From NCBI RefSeq assembly GCF_018977255.1, contig NW_024704742.1, forward strand, positions 5,644,001 to 5,708,000: 64,000 bases of DNA, given 5' to 3'. Positions within the stretch are counted from its first letter, which is position 1. Each line of letters begins with the position of its first letter. Shown piece after piece: positions 63,751 to 64,000 of the stretch. The notes beneath the pieces were generated by a model that was not told the origin of the DNA, searched no databases, and saw only the letters and a list, made by a program, of their open reading frames with translations. Made by a program: the position numbers and the translations under genes. The DNA is from Callorhinchus milii (lineage: Eukaryota).

Positions 63751-63885
63751 TGTGAAGTCCTGTAGCTCAGTGGTTAGAGCGTTTGCCTTGCAAGCAAGAG
63801 ACGTGCGTTTGATTCCTGACACCCAAAATGTTGGGCAAGTTCCTTAACCACCATATCAAATGTAAGGATATCAAATGTATTATTA
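63751..63885 (+). mobile_element. SINE head with internal deletion
   Basis: tRNA-like head joined directly to tail-end sequence. Confidence 0.75.
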
Positions 63886-64000
63886 TACTACACCTTTCAG
63901 GCCCCCATATGAAGAATGCCCACTGGGGCTGAGCAGAGGGCAGCCAAGCCCCACAATAACCTGTCTGAGGTAACAGGAAAGAAAAAACCAGGACAATATA

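Overview
Vertebrate genomic DNA, most likely a cartilaginous fish. A holocephalan such as Callorhinchus is inferred from the repeat families, not proven. The only intact protein-coding gene is SLC20A2 (PiT2, type III Na+/phosphate cotransporter) on the minus strand. It has ten coding exons between 52415 and 28158, all GT-AG, totalling 1962 nt (653 aa plus stop). The first non-coding exon or exons are not firmly located. The apparently empty region 3' of the gene (1-25 kb) holds two heavily decayed, intron-containing gene fossils that the ORF track does not show as genes. One is VDAC3-like (+, ~10917-14825), with remnants of essentially all eight coding exons in order. The other is Dickkopf/DKK4-like (-, ~3925-5390), with both cysteine-rich domains. 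They reproduce the human order and orientation DKK4(-) VDAC3(+) SLC20A2(-), so they look like two adjacent unitary gene losses. The rest is dense in young tRNA-derived Deu-domain SINEs, their partner L2 LINEs, CR1 fragments, older DeuSINEs, Harbinger and Penelope remnants, and tandem repeats. Repeat boundaries are approximate, and all homology calls were made by eye against remembered protein sequences.
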